Notes: a model not told the origin generated them from the sequence alone. 64,000 nt of DNA from Bacteroidales bacterium (GCA_028716265.1 JAQUQD010000001.1:41888-105887), one strand, 5' to 3'. Positions 29,340 to 38,683 are shown, counted from the stretch's first letter. Numbers and translations are program-made.

Positions 29340-30305
29340 TTATTTCAGGAATTCAGCGATGATATCGCTAACTTTTATGCTTTCAGCTTCTGCTTTATAG
29401 TTGGGCACGATACGGTGGCGCAGGATGGATGCGGCGACCGCCTGAATATCCTCGATATCCGGTGAATATTTTCCATGGATGGCTGCATGGCATTTTGCCC
29501 CGATGATGAGATACTGGGAAGCTCTGGGTCCGGCTCCCCAGGTCAGGTAGTCATTGGCCCAGGGGTGGGCCTCTTTTGTGTTTGGCCGCGTTCTGGAAGC
29601 CAGGTTCACAGCATAGTGATAGATATTATCCGGGACAGGAATCTTCAGGATGAGGTTCTGGAAGAAAAGAATTTCCTCCCGTTGAAGGATGATTTGGGGC
29701 GAAGCCATCCATTCGGTGGTCGTATTTTTCACGATCGTCATTTCTTCATTGAAGGAAGGATAGTCCAGCCAGATATTGAACATGAACCGGTCGAGCTGGG
29801 CTTCCGGCAGGGGATAGGTCCCCTCCTGCTCGATAGGATTCTGGGTGGCCAGCACAAAAAAAGGTTCCTGAAGGGCATAGGAGGTCCCGGATACGGTCAC
29901 TGCTTTTTCCTGCATGGCTTCCAGAAGGGCCGACTGGGTTTTGGGCGGAGTACGGTTGATCTCGTCCGCCAGAATGATATTGGCGAAAACGGGCCCTTTC
30001 ACAAAACGAAATTTCCGGTTCTCATCGAGGATCTCGGTGCCGATGATATCTGACGGCATCAGATCGGGAGTAAACTGAATACGACTGTAAGAAAGGCCGA
30101 GAACTTTAGCTATTGTATTAACCATCAAGGTTTTAGCAAGTCCTGGGACACCCACCAGAAGGCCATGGCCCTTGCTGAAAATGGAGATGATCAGGCTGTC
30201 AACCACTTCCTCCTGGCCAACGATCACTTTTGCGATTTCTGTTCGCAGCAGCTTATATTTTTCTACAAACGCATCGAGTGCTTCAACATCACTTTTAAAT
30301 TGCAT
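29340..30305 (-). CDS. MoxR-family AAA+ ATPase
   Basis: 321-aa ORF with Walker A GVPGLAKT, Walker B ILADEINRTPPKTQSALLEAMQE, and QNPIEQEGTYPLPEAQLDRF, typical of the AAA_3/MoxR family. Confidence 0.9.
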   Translation of the reverse strand: MQFKSDVEALDAFVEKYKLLRTEIAKVIVGQEEVVDSLIISIFSKGHGLLVGVPGLAKTLMVNTIAKVLGLSYSRIQFTPDLMPSDIIGTEILDENRKFRFVKGPVFANIILADEINRTPPKTQSALLEAMQEKAVTVSGTSYALQEPFFVLATQNPIEQEGTYPLPEAQLDRFMFNIWLDYPSFNEEMTIVKNTTTEWMASPQIILQREEILFFQNLILKIPVPDNIYHYAVNLASRTRPNTKEAHPWANDYLTWGAGPRASQYLIIGAKCHAAIHGKYSPDIEDIQAVAASILRHRIVPNYKAEAESIKVSDIIAEFLK

Positions 30306-30347
30306 ATCAAACCATTATTTATCCATCACTACAACACTATCAAAGAT

Positions 30348-31700
30348 TTATCTGATCCAGTTATTGAGGAACGTGCAGCCGGCATATTTCTCGTTGACCT
30401 TGATATAGGTATCCTCTATTTTTTCATCGATCCAGTCGTTGATCAGGTTGTCCTGTTTATCCGCGCGGGTCAGGTTTTTCAGTTTATCGTAGTCATCCTG
30501 CAGGTTGGCGCGGTGTGGTTCTGTCCGGACCTTCAGGTAGAGGATCCGGTAGGCTTCCTTGTTTTCATCGGTAAGGAAGCGGACAGGCTGTGAAATTTCG
30601 CCGACATCCAGTTTATCGACAATAAAGAAGAGGCTGGGATCCAGTTGATCCGATGCGAAGCGGGTGCTGTTGGTTTCTGGATTGATGATCAATCCGCCGC
30701 TAATCCGGTTGGGATCGTCCGAATATTTCATGACTGCTTCATCAAATGTCAGTGAGTCACTGATAATGAGTTGCGCAACGCTGTCGAGCGTGGTACGTGC
30801 CATTTCCATGGATTCAGGGGACACTTTCGGCTGGATGAGGATATGCCGTGCATTGATGTATTCGCCTTTGCGTTCGATAAGCTGGATGATATGGTAGCCT
30901 GCTTCGGTTTTGATGATTTCCGAGACATCCCCCGGGTGATCCAGGTTGAACGCAGCGGCTTCAAACTCCGGATACATGGTACCGCGGTTGAACATACCCA
31001 GTTCGCCTCCTTTTCCGGCTGAACCCGGATCCTCAGAGTAAAGGATGGCCAGTGTGGAGAAGTTGTCTCCTTTGATGATCCGGTCTCTCAGTGCCTTGAT
31101 CTTATCGTAGCTTCGGGAGAGCTCTTCAACGGTTATGGGAGGATTTTTGACGATTTGTCCAATTTCATACTCAACGTCGATCAGCGGGATGCTGTCGGGG
31201 GGGAGGGAAGAGATGTATTCCTTCACGTCGGAAGGGGTAACCTGAAGATTTTCAGTGATTTTCTGCTGTACTTCCGAGATTTTCATCTCGTTCCTGACCA
31301 GTTCCCTCATTTCTTCCTTGATTTCCAGGACTGATTTCTGATAGAACTCTTCCAGTTTTTCCTGGGATCCGAACTGATTGATAAAATATCGCAGGCGTGC
31401 ATCCATGGCAGACTCCACCCTGCTGTCGGATATCTCCACGCTGTCAAGTTCAGCCTGATTGAGCAGAAGTTTCTGGTAAAGCAGGCTTTCCAGGATCTGG
31501 CAGCGAAGCTGGGAGCCACCCATGATATTCCCCTGTGCCTTCAGCTGGAGGTATTGTGTTTCGATATCTGAAAACAGGATCACATTACTTCCGATGACTC
31601 CCACCACCTCATCGATCAGTTTCTCCTGAGCGTTCGACAGTACAGGGATGTTGACCAGCATCACCAGGAGAAGCAGCGTCCGTGTGATAATCTTTAGCAT
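30348..31700 (-). CDS. SurA-like periplasmic chaperone / parvulin peptidyl-prolyl isomerase
   Basis: The start is set at the ATG at 31700 (MLKIITRTLLLLVMLVNIPVLSNAQ signal). It has a SurA_N-like region and parvulin motifs (SEDPGSAGKGGELGMF; ARHILIQ). Confidence 0.78.
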   Translation of the reverse strand: MLKIITRTLLLLVMLVNIPVLSNAQEKLIDEVVGVIGSNVILFSDIETQYLQLKAQGNIMGGSQLRCQILESLLYQKLLLNQAELDSVEISDSRVESAMDARLRYFINQFGSQEKLEEFYQKSVLEIKEEMRELVRNEMKISEVQQKITENLQVTPSDVKEYISSLPPDSIPLIDVEYEIGQIVKNPPITVEELSRSYDKIKALRDRIIKGDNFSTLAILYSEDPGSAGKGGELGMFNRGTMYPEFEAAAFNLDHPGDVSEIIKTEAGYHIIQLIERKGEYINARHILIQPKVSPESMEMARTTLDSVAQLIISDSLTFDEAVMKYSDDPNRISGGLIINPETNSTRFASDQLDPSLFFIVDKLDVGEISQPVRFLTDENKEAYRILYLKVRTEPHRANLQDDYDKLKNLTRADKQDNLINDWIDEKIEDTYIKVNEKYAGCTFLNNWIR

Positions 31701-31780
31701 GATCTGGATCCTTCGGTTTATTATTAACAGTTCTGTCAGCAAAATATTGTTTTTTTCAGCGTTCCCGGAAACAAACCGTG

Positions 31781-32650
31781 TTAAAAGATCTCGAATCCGT
31801 TATTATTCATCGCCTGCTGAAGCATCTCTTTGCGTATCGTGTCGATTAGTTCGGCTTTTCTTTTATTGATGATGATGTTCCTTATATTTTCTCTCTCAAA
31901 GTTCAACGGGGAAACACTTTCCTGTATTTTGAAATCCAGAAAACGGATGAAGTAATAAAAGGAAGAGTCGTTAAATTCAACATACTTATTATTCTGAAGG
32001 TAGATTGTCTGGTTATAGGTTTCGATGGGGATGATTTTCAGCAATTCGGAAAAGGTGATCCATTCGTCTTCGAGGTAAAAGCTTAGGGCATTTTTAGTGC
32101 AATAATTCAGAAGTTCCTCTTTATCGGCGGGATCATTGGAGATCAAAAGGCGCTTCAGCGGATCGTTCTTCCTTGGTGGATCTTTCAGAATCACATAGTG
32201 GACTTTGATGATGTTCTCTTTCAGCTCGAAATTCTGTTTATTTTCTTCATAATACCTGTAAATTTCATCGTCTCTGACAATGGTGTCAAGGTTCTTTTGA
32301 ATGAGGTGAGACTCATAGGTATAGATCAGAAGCGAATTGCGATAGTTTTCCAGCTGATCCCTGAAATTTTTCTGGTCAGCAGTCAGGTTCTGTTCGGCAG
32401 CATGGATCAGCAGTTGTTCTTCAATCCATTTATTGATGAAGTTCTTCACCATCATGCTACTGTCTTTGGGATTGGTCCCTTCAGGCACAATATGTTCTAC
32501 ATCAGACCGATACAAATATGTATCGTATACTCTGGCCAGCATTTGATCTTCCCCTGTCTGGAAAAAACCAGAGTTACAGCCAAGGAAGAGGATAGGCAGA
32601 AGGAATGAAAGATTTTTCAACCGGATCTTAATATTATTTAATGGAATCAA
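31781..32650 (-). CDS. Putative lipoprotein, SurA-N-like chaperone without a recognisable parvulin active site
   Basis: 289-aa ORF with the lipobox LPILFLGC. It sits between two PPIase genes and overlaps the upstream stop by 17 nt. I recognise no catalytic motif. Confidence 0.4.
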   Translation of the reverse strand: MIPLNNIKIRLKNLSFLLPILFLGCNSGFFQTGEDQMLARVYDTYLYRSDVEHIVPEGTNPKDSSMMVKNFINKWIEEQLLIHAAEQNLTADQKNFRDQLENYRNSLLIYTYESHLIQKNLDTIVRDDEIYRYYEENKQNFELKENIIKVHYVILKDPPRKNDPLKRLLISNDPADKEELLNYCTKNALSFYLEDEWITFSELLKIIPIETYNQTIYLQNNKYVEFNDSSFYYFIRFLDFKIQESVSPLNFERENIRNIIINKRKAELIDTIRKEMLQQAMNNNGFEIF

Positions 32651-34643
32651 GGATGGAATAGTTGATTTCGACAGGATATCTGGCCCTGAGTTCCTTTATC
32701 CATTCCTGTTCTAGGTAATTCTGGTAATCGGCGGTTATGATCCCGCGAGCTTCGCTGAGCAGTTTATAGCCGGGAGGCAGGATCTCGTGTATCACCACGA
32801 AGCTGGTCGTATCAGCAGTGACAATATTCGGCGACATACCCACTTTCCATTCAACGTGGTCTATAATTTCATTATCGCCAATTTCATACTTATCATTGAC
32901 GATCGTCAGGATCATGAGGGAGTCCTGATTGATCTGGCTCAGAATGTCATCTTTCGGTGTATTTTTCCTGGCAAGTTTTCTCACAGTTTTCACTTCACTG
33001 GATGAAGCGACCGTATAGATGGTGGCATCAACTCTCTGTCCCCAGGTATAGTTTTCTTTGTTCAACGCATAGAAATTTTGTAATCCGAGCGTATCACGGA
33101 TGGCTTTCGACCATATCTTCTCATCGGTCAGTTCAAACAGCAGGATCCCATCGCGGTATTCTTTCATCAGGGTCCTGAATTCAGGATATTTCGATTCCAG
33201 CCGGCTGTCTTCATAGCGGATGATCCTGTCTTCAGCGTATTTGCCAAAGACCTTTTCAACGGCTGCTTTAACAGATGGCTCGGCGGACAGGCCCTTTTGG
33301 TTTTTAGCAAGATACCCGGCAAAATCTTCCTGTTGATAATTTTTCCCATCCAGGGTAAACAACGGTTTTATCATTCCTTTGGCCGCGGATGCGTCCCATG
33401 TTGCTTTCAGCAGAGAGTCACTGACAACCGAGCAGAATTCGTCGAGGTTCTCCGGATATTCCCGGTAGTTATAGATGCTCTTCATTTTGCGGATAAACTG
33501 ATCCTTGCTGATATTCCCACGGTCGTTCCTGGAGATTTTCTGTTTGATTTCAGCTGTCCTTTCCTCAAAGGAACCGATCTCTTTTCTATCCAGCAGTTTT
33601 ACGATATGCCAGCCGTATACCGTTAGGAAAGGCAGGGTGACATCATCGATTTTTTCGATCCTGGAGATTTCAGCAATGAATTCAGGTATCATCCGATTCA
33701 CACCGAACCAGGGGAGGATACCTCCTTTTTCAAAGGTACCCTTGTCATCGGAATATGTTTTTACGACCTCGGCGAAGTCTTTCCCTGCAAGGATCTCATT
33801 ATAGGCTGCCAGTGCCTTTTCCTTCAGCCGGGCAGAGTCTTCGTGGGTGGGATTGGCCGGAAAGGTGATCAGGATATGGGCGACCAGGGCTTTTCCCAGG
33901 GCTTCCTTTCTGTCGGTGACCTTGATCAGGTGATATCCGAAGTCGGTCCTGACAGGTTGGGATACTTCTCCCGGGGCAGTCTGATAAGCTCCGTTTTCAA
34001 AGGGATAGACCATGTCGAACACTGTAAAATAACCAAGATCGCCTTGGTTTCCTTTCATGGATGGCCGGTTGGGAGATGCGGGCCGGTCTTTGGATGACGG
34101 ATCGTCGGAATATTCCATTGCCATTTCGCTGAAATCCTTTCCATTCATGATCTTTTTTCTGATGTCCAGGATCTTGTTATAGGCGATGAGCGTATCAGCA
34201 GGCCGGGCATCGGCGGCCAGGCGTACCAGGATATGGCTGGCACGGATATCGGACAGCATCCTGTCGTAGGCCTCTTTCATCAGTTTTTCCGTCACTGCTT
34301 CGTCTGTCAGGTAAGGTTGTGCGAGTTGCGCGCGATAGCCATTGAGTTCCTGGATGAACGACTTCACGGTATCCATCCCCAGATCTTCAGCTTCTTTCAC
34401 TTTCAGCTTGAAGTTGATGTAGAGTTGGAGATAGTCTTCCAGCGATTTCTTGTCGATCACATCATTGTTCACGTTGTTCTTCGAATAGATGCTGAGGAAT
34501 TCGCCTGCAGTGATCTTTTCACCTGCGACAGTGATCAGTACATCATCATTCTGCCACTGTGCGGAAAGAGGAGAGCCGGCTGCAACTGTTATGAGCATGA
34601 TCAGTATGACGGCCTTCTTCATGTTCATTATCCTGCTGTTCAT
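32634..34643 (-). CDS. PpiD/SurA-like peptidyl-prolyl isomerase, long form
   Basis: 669-aa ORF with a signal sequence and two parvulin-like segments (IRASHILVRL ... SDDPSSKDR...GDLGYF; VAHILITF ... SDDKGTFEKGGILPWF). Confidence 0.75.
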   Translation of the reverse strand: MNSRIMNMKKAVILIMLITVAAGSPLSAQWQNDDVLITVAGEKITAGEFLSIYSKNNVNNDVIDKKSLEDYLQLYINFKLKVKEAEDLGMDTVKSFIQELNGYRAQLAQPYLTDEAVTEKLMKEAYDRMLSDIRASHILVRLAADARPADTLIAYNKILDIRKKIMNGKDFSEMAMEYSDDPSSKDRPASPNRPSMKGNQGDLGYFTVFDMVYPFENGAYQTAPGEVSQPVRTDFGYHLIKVTDRKEALGKALVAHILITFPANPTHEDSARLKEKALAAYNEILAGKDFAEVVKTYSDDKGTFEKGGILPWFGVNRMIPEFIAEISRIEKIDDVTLPFLTVYGWHIVKLLDRKEIGSFEERTAEIKQKISRNDRGNISKDQFIRKMKSIYNYREYPENLDEFCSVVSDSLLKATWDASAAKGMIKPLFTLDGKNYQQEDFAGYLAKNQKGLSAEPSVKAAVEKVFGKYAEDRIIRYEDSRLESKYPEFRTLMKEYRDGILLFELTDEKIWSKAIRDTLGLQNFYALNKENYTWGQRVDATIYTVASSSEVKTVRKLARKNTPKDDILSQINQDSLMILTIVNDKYEIGDNEIIDHVEWKVGMSPNIVTADTTSFVVIHEILPPGYKLLSEARGIITADYQNYLEQEWIKELRARYPVEINYSILDSIK

Positions 34644-34673
34644 AATATCAATGATTAGTTTACTGTACGGAAA

Positions 34674-36146
34674 TTATCTGCTGTAGTTGGGAGCTTCCCG
34701 GGTAATGGTAATATCGTGGGGGTGGCTTTCGGCGATGCCGGAAGGTGTGATCTTGATGAATTTGGCCTGTTGCAGCTCATCAATGTTTTTGGAGCCGGTA
34801 TATCCCATTCCTGCCCTCAGTCCTCCGACCATCTGGTAGATGACTTCCGAAAGGGATCCTTTATAGGGCACACGGCCGACGATCCCTTCCGGTACAAGTT
34901 TGCGGATGTCATCTTCCACATCCTGGAAATATCTGTCTTTTGAGCCTTTCTGCATGGCTTCGATGGATCCCATTCCCCTGTAGGTTTTGTATTTTCTCCC
35001 TTCAAAGATAATGGTTTCTCCGGGCGATTCGTCCACACCGGCGAACATCGATCCTGCCATAATCGAGTGTGCACCTGCGGCGATGGCTTTTACGATATCC
35101 CCGGAATATCGAATGCCTCCATCAGCGATGATCGGGATACCGCTTCCTTTCAGCGCTTTGGAAACTTCATAAATGGCAGTAAGCTGAGGGATACCTATGC
35201 CGGCGATAACACGGGTCGTGCAGATAGAACCCGGTCCGATGCCCACTTTCACTGCACTGACATCCAGTTTTTGCAGATCACGGGCAGCTTCTGCCGTTCC
35301 AATATTACCCACGATCAGTTCAATGGACGGGAAGCGGCTTTTGATCTTTCTGGCCATTTCCATGACTCCTCTGGAATGAGCGTGAGCCGTGTCAATGACA
35401 ATCGCATCCGCATGCTGTTCATAAAGGGCGTGGACACGGTCGATGGTATCGGCGGCAATGCCCACCGCTGCCGCGACACGCAGGCGGCCCTTGCTGTCTT
35501 TGCATGCGTTGGGACGCGCTTTGATCTTCAGGATATCCTTATAGGTGATCAGTCCGATCAGTTTGCGGTCCTTGTTGATCACCGGCAGTTTCTCAATACG
35601 GTATTGCTGCAGGATATCTTCTGCTTTCTCAAAGGTGACAAATTCTGAGATGGTGATCAGTTTATCCTGATGCGTCATAATCTCCGCAATGGGGCGCGCC
35701 ATGTTTCGTTCAAAACGCAGGTCACGGTTGGTGACGATCCCCACCAGCTGTTTTCTTTTATTGATCACCGGGATCCCGCCAATCTGGTGTTCTTTCATGA
35801 TGGCTATGGCATCGGCCACCAGAGCGTCTTCGTTCAGGGTGATCGGATCAATGATCATCCCGCTTTCGGCCCTTTTCACCTTTTTTACCTCCAGGGCCTG
35901 CTCTTCGATGGTCATGTTCTTATGCAGCACACCGATGCCTCCTTCCTGGGCGATGGCGATGGCCAGCTTGGAACCGGTGACCGTATCCATGGCTGCCGAA
36001 ACGATGGGGATGTTGATCCTTATCTGCCGTGTAAACCGAGTGGCAACCTCGACTTCGCGGGGCATTACTTCGGAGTATCGCGGCATCAGCAATACATCGT
36101 CATAGGTAAGGCCTTCACCGATGAATTTCTCTGTATCCAGCAACAT
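34674..36146 (-). CDS. guaB: IMP dehydrogenase
   Basis: 490-aa ORF with a CBS pair insert, the catalytic loop [12 protein letters not shown], and [17 protein letters not shown]. Confidence 0.95.
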   Translation of the reverse strand: MLLDTEKFIGEGLTYDDVLLMPRYSEVMPREVEVATRFTRQIRINIPIVSAAMDTVTGSKLAIAIAQEGGIGVLHKNMTIEEQALEVKKVKRAESGMIIDPITLNEDALVADAIAIMKEHQIGGIPVINKRKQLVGIVTNRDLRFERNMARPIAEIMTHQDKLITISEFVTFEKAEDILQQYRIEKLPVINKDRKLIGLITYKDILKIKARPNACKDSKGRLRVAAAVGIAADTIDRVHALYEQHADAIVIDTAHAHSRGVMEMARKIKSRFPSIELIVGNIGTAEAARDLQKLDVSAVKVGIGPGSICTTRVIAGIGIPQLTAIYEVSKALKGSGIPIIADGGIRYSGDIVKAIAAGAHSIMAGSMFAGVDESPGETIIFEGRKYKTYRGMGSIEAMQKGSKDRYFQDVEDDIRKLVPEGIVGRVPYKGSLSEVIYQMVGGLRAGMGYTGSKNIDELQQAKFIKITPSGIAESHPHDITITREAPNYSR

Positions 36147-36168
36147 ATAGGATTTTTTGAAATTCTGG

Positions 36169-36176
36169 CAAAATTA
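36169..36176 (-). promoter_or_regulatory. -7 box (TAATTTTG) for guaB
   Basis: The minus strand reads TAATTTTG, 22 nt upstream of the ATG at 36146. Confidence 0.5.
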
Positions 36177-36243
36177 TAAAAAATAGGGGATTTTTGCTTC
36201 ACATTAGGAAATATATAATAGCAGGAAGGAACTACTTATAAAA

Positions 36244-36326
36244 TCCAAATTCCAGGATCCAAATTCCAATCAAAATTCAAATCCCAAATTCCAAACAAAT
36301 TCCAAATCACAAGCACCAAATTCCAA
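36244..36326. repeat. Array of CCAAATTCCA decamers (5 good copies plus 1 degenerate)
   Basis: Copies lie at 36245-36254, 36259-36268, 36284-36293, 36296-36304 (9 nt) and 36316-36325, with a degenerate CAAAATTCA at 36271-36279. Spacing is 11-21 nt and there are no unique spacers of CRISPR size. Confidence 0.8.
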
Positions 36327-36391
36327 ACAATCCCTTCGTGTTCCTTTTCCCATGCCCGTAATGCATACGGTATTGTTGCGTTGTTGGGATT

Positions 36392-36569
36392 ACCCCTCCC
36401 CAAGGGGGTGTGTCAAAATCCAGTTTAAGCAGGGAGTACACGGAGAATTCACTGAGAACACGGAGATTAAATGACTCGTTATCAGTCCTCTGTGTTCTCC
36501 GTACTCCTCTGTGATCTCCGTGGTTTAAGAAAAAACATCCATTTTGACACACCCTCCCAGGGGTGGGGT
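36392..36569. repeat. Composite palindromic element, about 178 nt: 28/29-nt GC-hairpin arms ending in GTGTCAAAAT, flanking an inner CACGGAGA-type inverted repeat
   Basis: The left arm is ACCCCTCCCCAAGGGGGTGTGTCAAAAT (36392-36419). The reverse complement of the right arm (36541-36569) is ACCCCACCCCTGGGAGGGTGTGTCAAAAT. The inner left segment ACTGAGAACACGGAGA (36451-36466) matches the complement of 36489-36504 at 13 of 16 positions. CACGGAGA (36439-36446) pairs with TCTCCGTG (36515-36522). Confidence 0.8.
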
Positions 36570-36577
36570 TGTATTTA

Positions 36578-38683
36578 TCAGCGCAGCAGTGTGACTGTTC
36601 CCTTTTCTTCAAAGATCTCCCCTACAGAGGAAATGTAACGTATAAAATAAATGTACACGCCTTCAGGTGAGGATTCCCCGCTGACCGTTCCATCCCAGCC
36701 TGGATCGCTGATGTTTGTTGATTCGTAAATTTTCTGGCCCCATCGATTGTAGATCAGAAATACAAAAGAAGCTTGCTGATCCGTAAAGATATTGACGGGT
36801 TTGAAGTAATCATTTTCGTTATCATTGTTCGGTGTGAAGGCATTCGGCATGTTGATCCTGGTGATCTGGGCGATCGCAATTTCGTTGGAAAAGCTCGACA
36901 GCATCTCCGGATTCTCCATTTTCACAGGTTCAATCACGGCTTCCACAAGGTAGGAAAAGCGTCCACTGCCTGCTGAAAGATCGTACACGGGATCATCATA
37001 AAGCGTATCCGGCGTGAAATCAATGGGAATGACCGTATCGATCATTCCATCCAGTTTTCGGATCAGCCGGTACTTTGTAACGTGACTCGTGGTGCTGCTG
37101 TAACGGTTCCAGAAAAGATGGTTCACCTGGCCATCGGTGGTGCCCTGCAGGTAGATCGTCCTGACCTCGTTTGTATCCATTGCCCCGTCGTCATTATGAT
37201 CAAGCCTGGCCTCATGGCCGCACCCATCCAGGATGATCGTTTTGTAATAGTAGGCATTCTCGCCAACATCAGCTGTTTCATCCGTAAAGGATAGGGTGTC
37301 ATGACCCGGGACATGGGTGGAGACATCTCGCGTGGCAATTTCCACCCATGGATCATCTACATCCTCTTTTCTTAATAACCTGCATTTAGTATCAAAGGCA
37401 TTAGTATCAATGCAGACATTAATATTGACCCTGTTATTGAAACTCGTATCAACACTTGCTATTTTAAGATTGAGTGTATCGGGTTGGTCAGGGCGGTCTA
37501 CCGTAAAACATTGAATATATGATTGGGTGGCTTTACCTGTGGAGTAATTTTTAGCCCTGATATAGTAACAATATGTGAAATCAGGCTCGAATCCGGTTTC
37601 ATAATTAAAATACAATTGATCCGTTTGACCTATTTTGTCAATGTTGAAAGGATTTGTTGTAGTATCTATCGAATAAATAAACGATGAATCTGGTTTGAGC
37701 CACTCAACAGGATCCCATTTTAGAGTAATCGCAGTATCGCAATAACCCCATTGCAGAGGTTCAATATAAATAATATTAAACAAGGGTGATCCAGCTGGAC
37801 CTGGTGCATGGCATGTATCCTTCGCTGCGACCCGGTATGAAACTGGTTCCGTAGAGAATCCGAAAAGATTAAACATGAAATAGTTTTGATTCCCAGGTAC
37901 GGTATCAATAGGGAATAGACCGCTTGGATCTTTTCGGTAGATAATATACGATTCAATATCGTTCACTTGGTAGGGAAACCAGCTTATATATAAATTCCCG
38001 AAAACATCGAACGACACAGTATCCATTAAAATGGAGCTATCATTATCAACCCCCGGACCTATCTGATCTGAAAGAATCACGCTGTCAATGGTTGACCACG
38101 ATGTACATGAAAGCCCTGAGGCACTAAATTCGACTTTATAACGCATCAATGTATCATAACAATAAGGGTAGGTGATTATATCAGTGTCTTGTGTTGCCTG
38201 TGTTGAATCGATCAAACGCCAAAAGGGCTCTTCCCCCTTAGCTTGCCGGTAGATTTTATATTCACCCGCAGCACTTCCTGATATGGGATTCCAGCTGAGC
38301 AGCCCAATTGAATTAAATTGATCCGGATTGACATTCAGAAATATTATGCTAACTGGATCTGAATAGTTTGGCTCATACATTTGAGTCTTTATCTTCAGAC
38401 GGTATGATATTTTACGATCAATAATTACTGTTTCTTCATATTTATAAAAGCGTTCAGCGATCCGACAAGAATCGATTGGAGTGAAGGATATGAATCCATC
38501 ATATGACTTTTCAATGATACAAGAATCATCTGGGAGGAATATTCCTTCAATCTCCCAATTGATGGTAATAGATAGCTCATTGACCTGTGTACAAAGAAGA
38601 TGGAGGACAGGTTGTGAAATTCCAGCAAGTGACAGGAAAAGTAATAAGAAAAGGAGTAATATGTGAGGTATTAACTTATTCAT
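36578..38683 (-). CDS. T9SS cargo protein with type-B (gliding-motility-associated, CHU_C-like) C-terminal sorting domain
   Basis: 701-aa ORF with the signal peptide MNKLIPHILLLFLLLFLSLAGISQ. The C-terminus MPNAFTPNNDNENDYFKPV...FLIYNRWGQKIYES...GWDGTVSGESSPEGVYIYFIRY...GTVTLLR matches the PNAFTPNGDGxND...NRWG...GWDG pattern of the type-B CTD. The upstream part looks like repeated Ig/FN3-like modules. Confidence 0.8.
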   Translation of the reverse strand: MNKLIPHILLLFLLLFLSLAGISQPVLHLLCTQVNELSITINWEIEGIFLPDDSCIIEKSYDGFISFTPIDSCRIAERFYKYEETVIIDRKISYRLKIKTQMYEPNYSDPVSIIFLNVNPDQFNSIGLLSWNPISGSAAGEYKIYRQAKGEEPFWRLIDSTQATQDTDIITYPYCYDTLMRYKVEFSASGLSCTSWSTIDSVILSDQIGPGVDNDSSILMDTVSFDVFGNLYISWFPYQVNDIESYIIYRKDPSGLFPIDTVPGNQNYFMFNLFGFSTEPVSYRVAAKDTCHAPGPAGSPLFNIIYIEPLQWGYCDTAITLKWDPVEWLKPDSSFIYSIDTTTNPFNIDKIGQTDQLYFNYETGFEPDFTYCYYIRAKNYSTGKATQSYIQCFTVDRPDQPDTLNLKIASVDTSFNNRVNINVCIDTNAFDTKCRLLRKEDVDDPWVEIATRDVSTHVPGHDTLSFTDETADVGENAYYYKTIILDGCGHEARLDHNDDGAMDTNEVRTIYLQGTTDGQVNHLFWNRYSSTTSHVTKYRLIRKLDGMIDTVIPIDFTPDTLYDDPVYDLSAGSGRFSYLVEAVIEPVKMENPEMLSSFSNEIAIAQITRINMPNAFTPNNDNENDYFKPVNIFTDQQASFVFLIYNRWGQKIYESTNISDPGWDGTVSGESSPEGVYIYFIRYISSVGEIFEEKGTVTLLR

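Noticed and set aside
29340-30305. MoxR as part of a Bat/aerotolerance or defence-type operon
   Set aside because: No DUF58, vWA, TPR or BatA-E-like genes flank it, so the classic MoxR partnership is absent here. The unusual neighbours are reported as a finding instead.
36244-36326. Possible CRISPR array (short direct repeats)
   Set aside because: The repeats are only 10 nt, the intervening sequences are 1-11 nt and partly repeat-like, and no cas genes are present. This is not CRISPR architecture.
36392-36569. 6S-RNA-like or other known housekeeping RNA (long imperfect hairpin of about 180 nt)
   Set aside because: The length and hairpin shape are superficially 6S-like. However, the arm sequence recurs at 46756, which makes it a dispersed repeat, and I see no conserved 6S, SRP, RNase P or tmRNA signature sequences. 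A novel sRNA is kept only as an open alternative in the findings.
36307-36612. 101-aa minus-strand ORF in the guaB / T9SS intergenic region
   Set aside because: Its sequence is a direct read-through of the decamer array and palindromic repeats (HRGVRRTQRTDN, FDTPPWGG). It overlaps the 3' end of the T9SS gene and has no plausible start context. I treat it as a repeat-derived spurious ORF.
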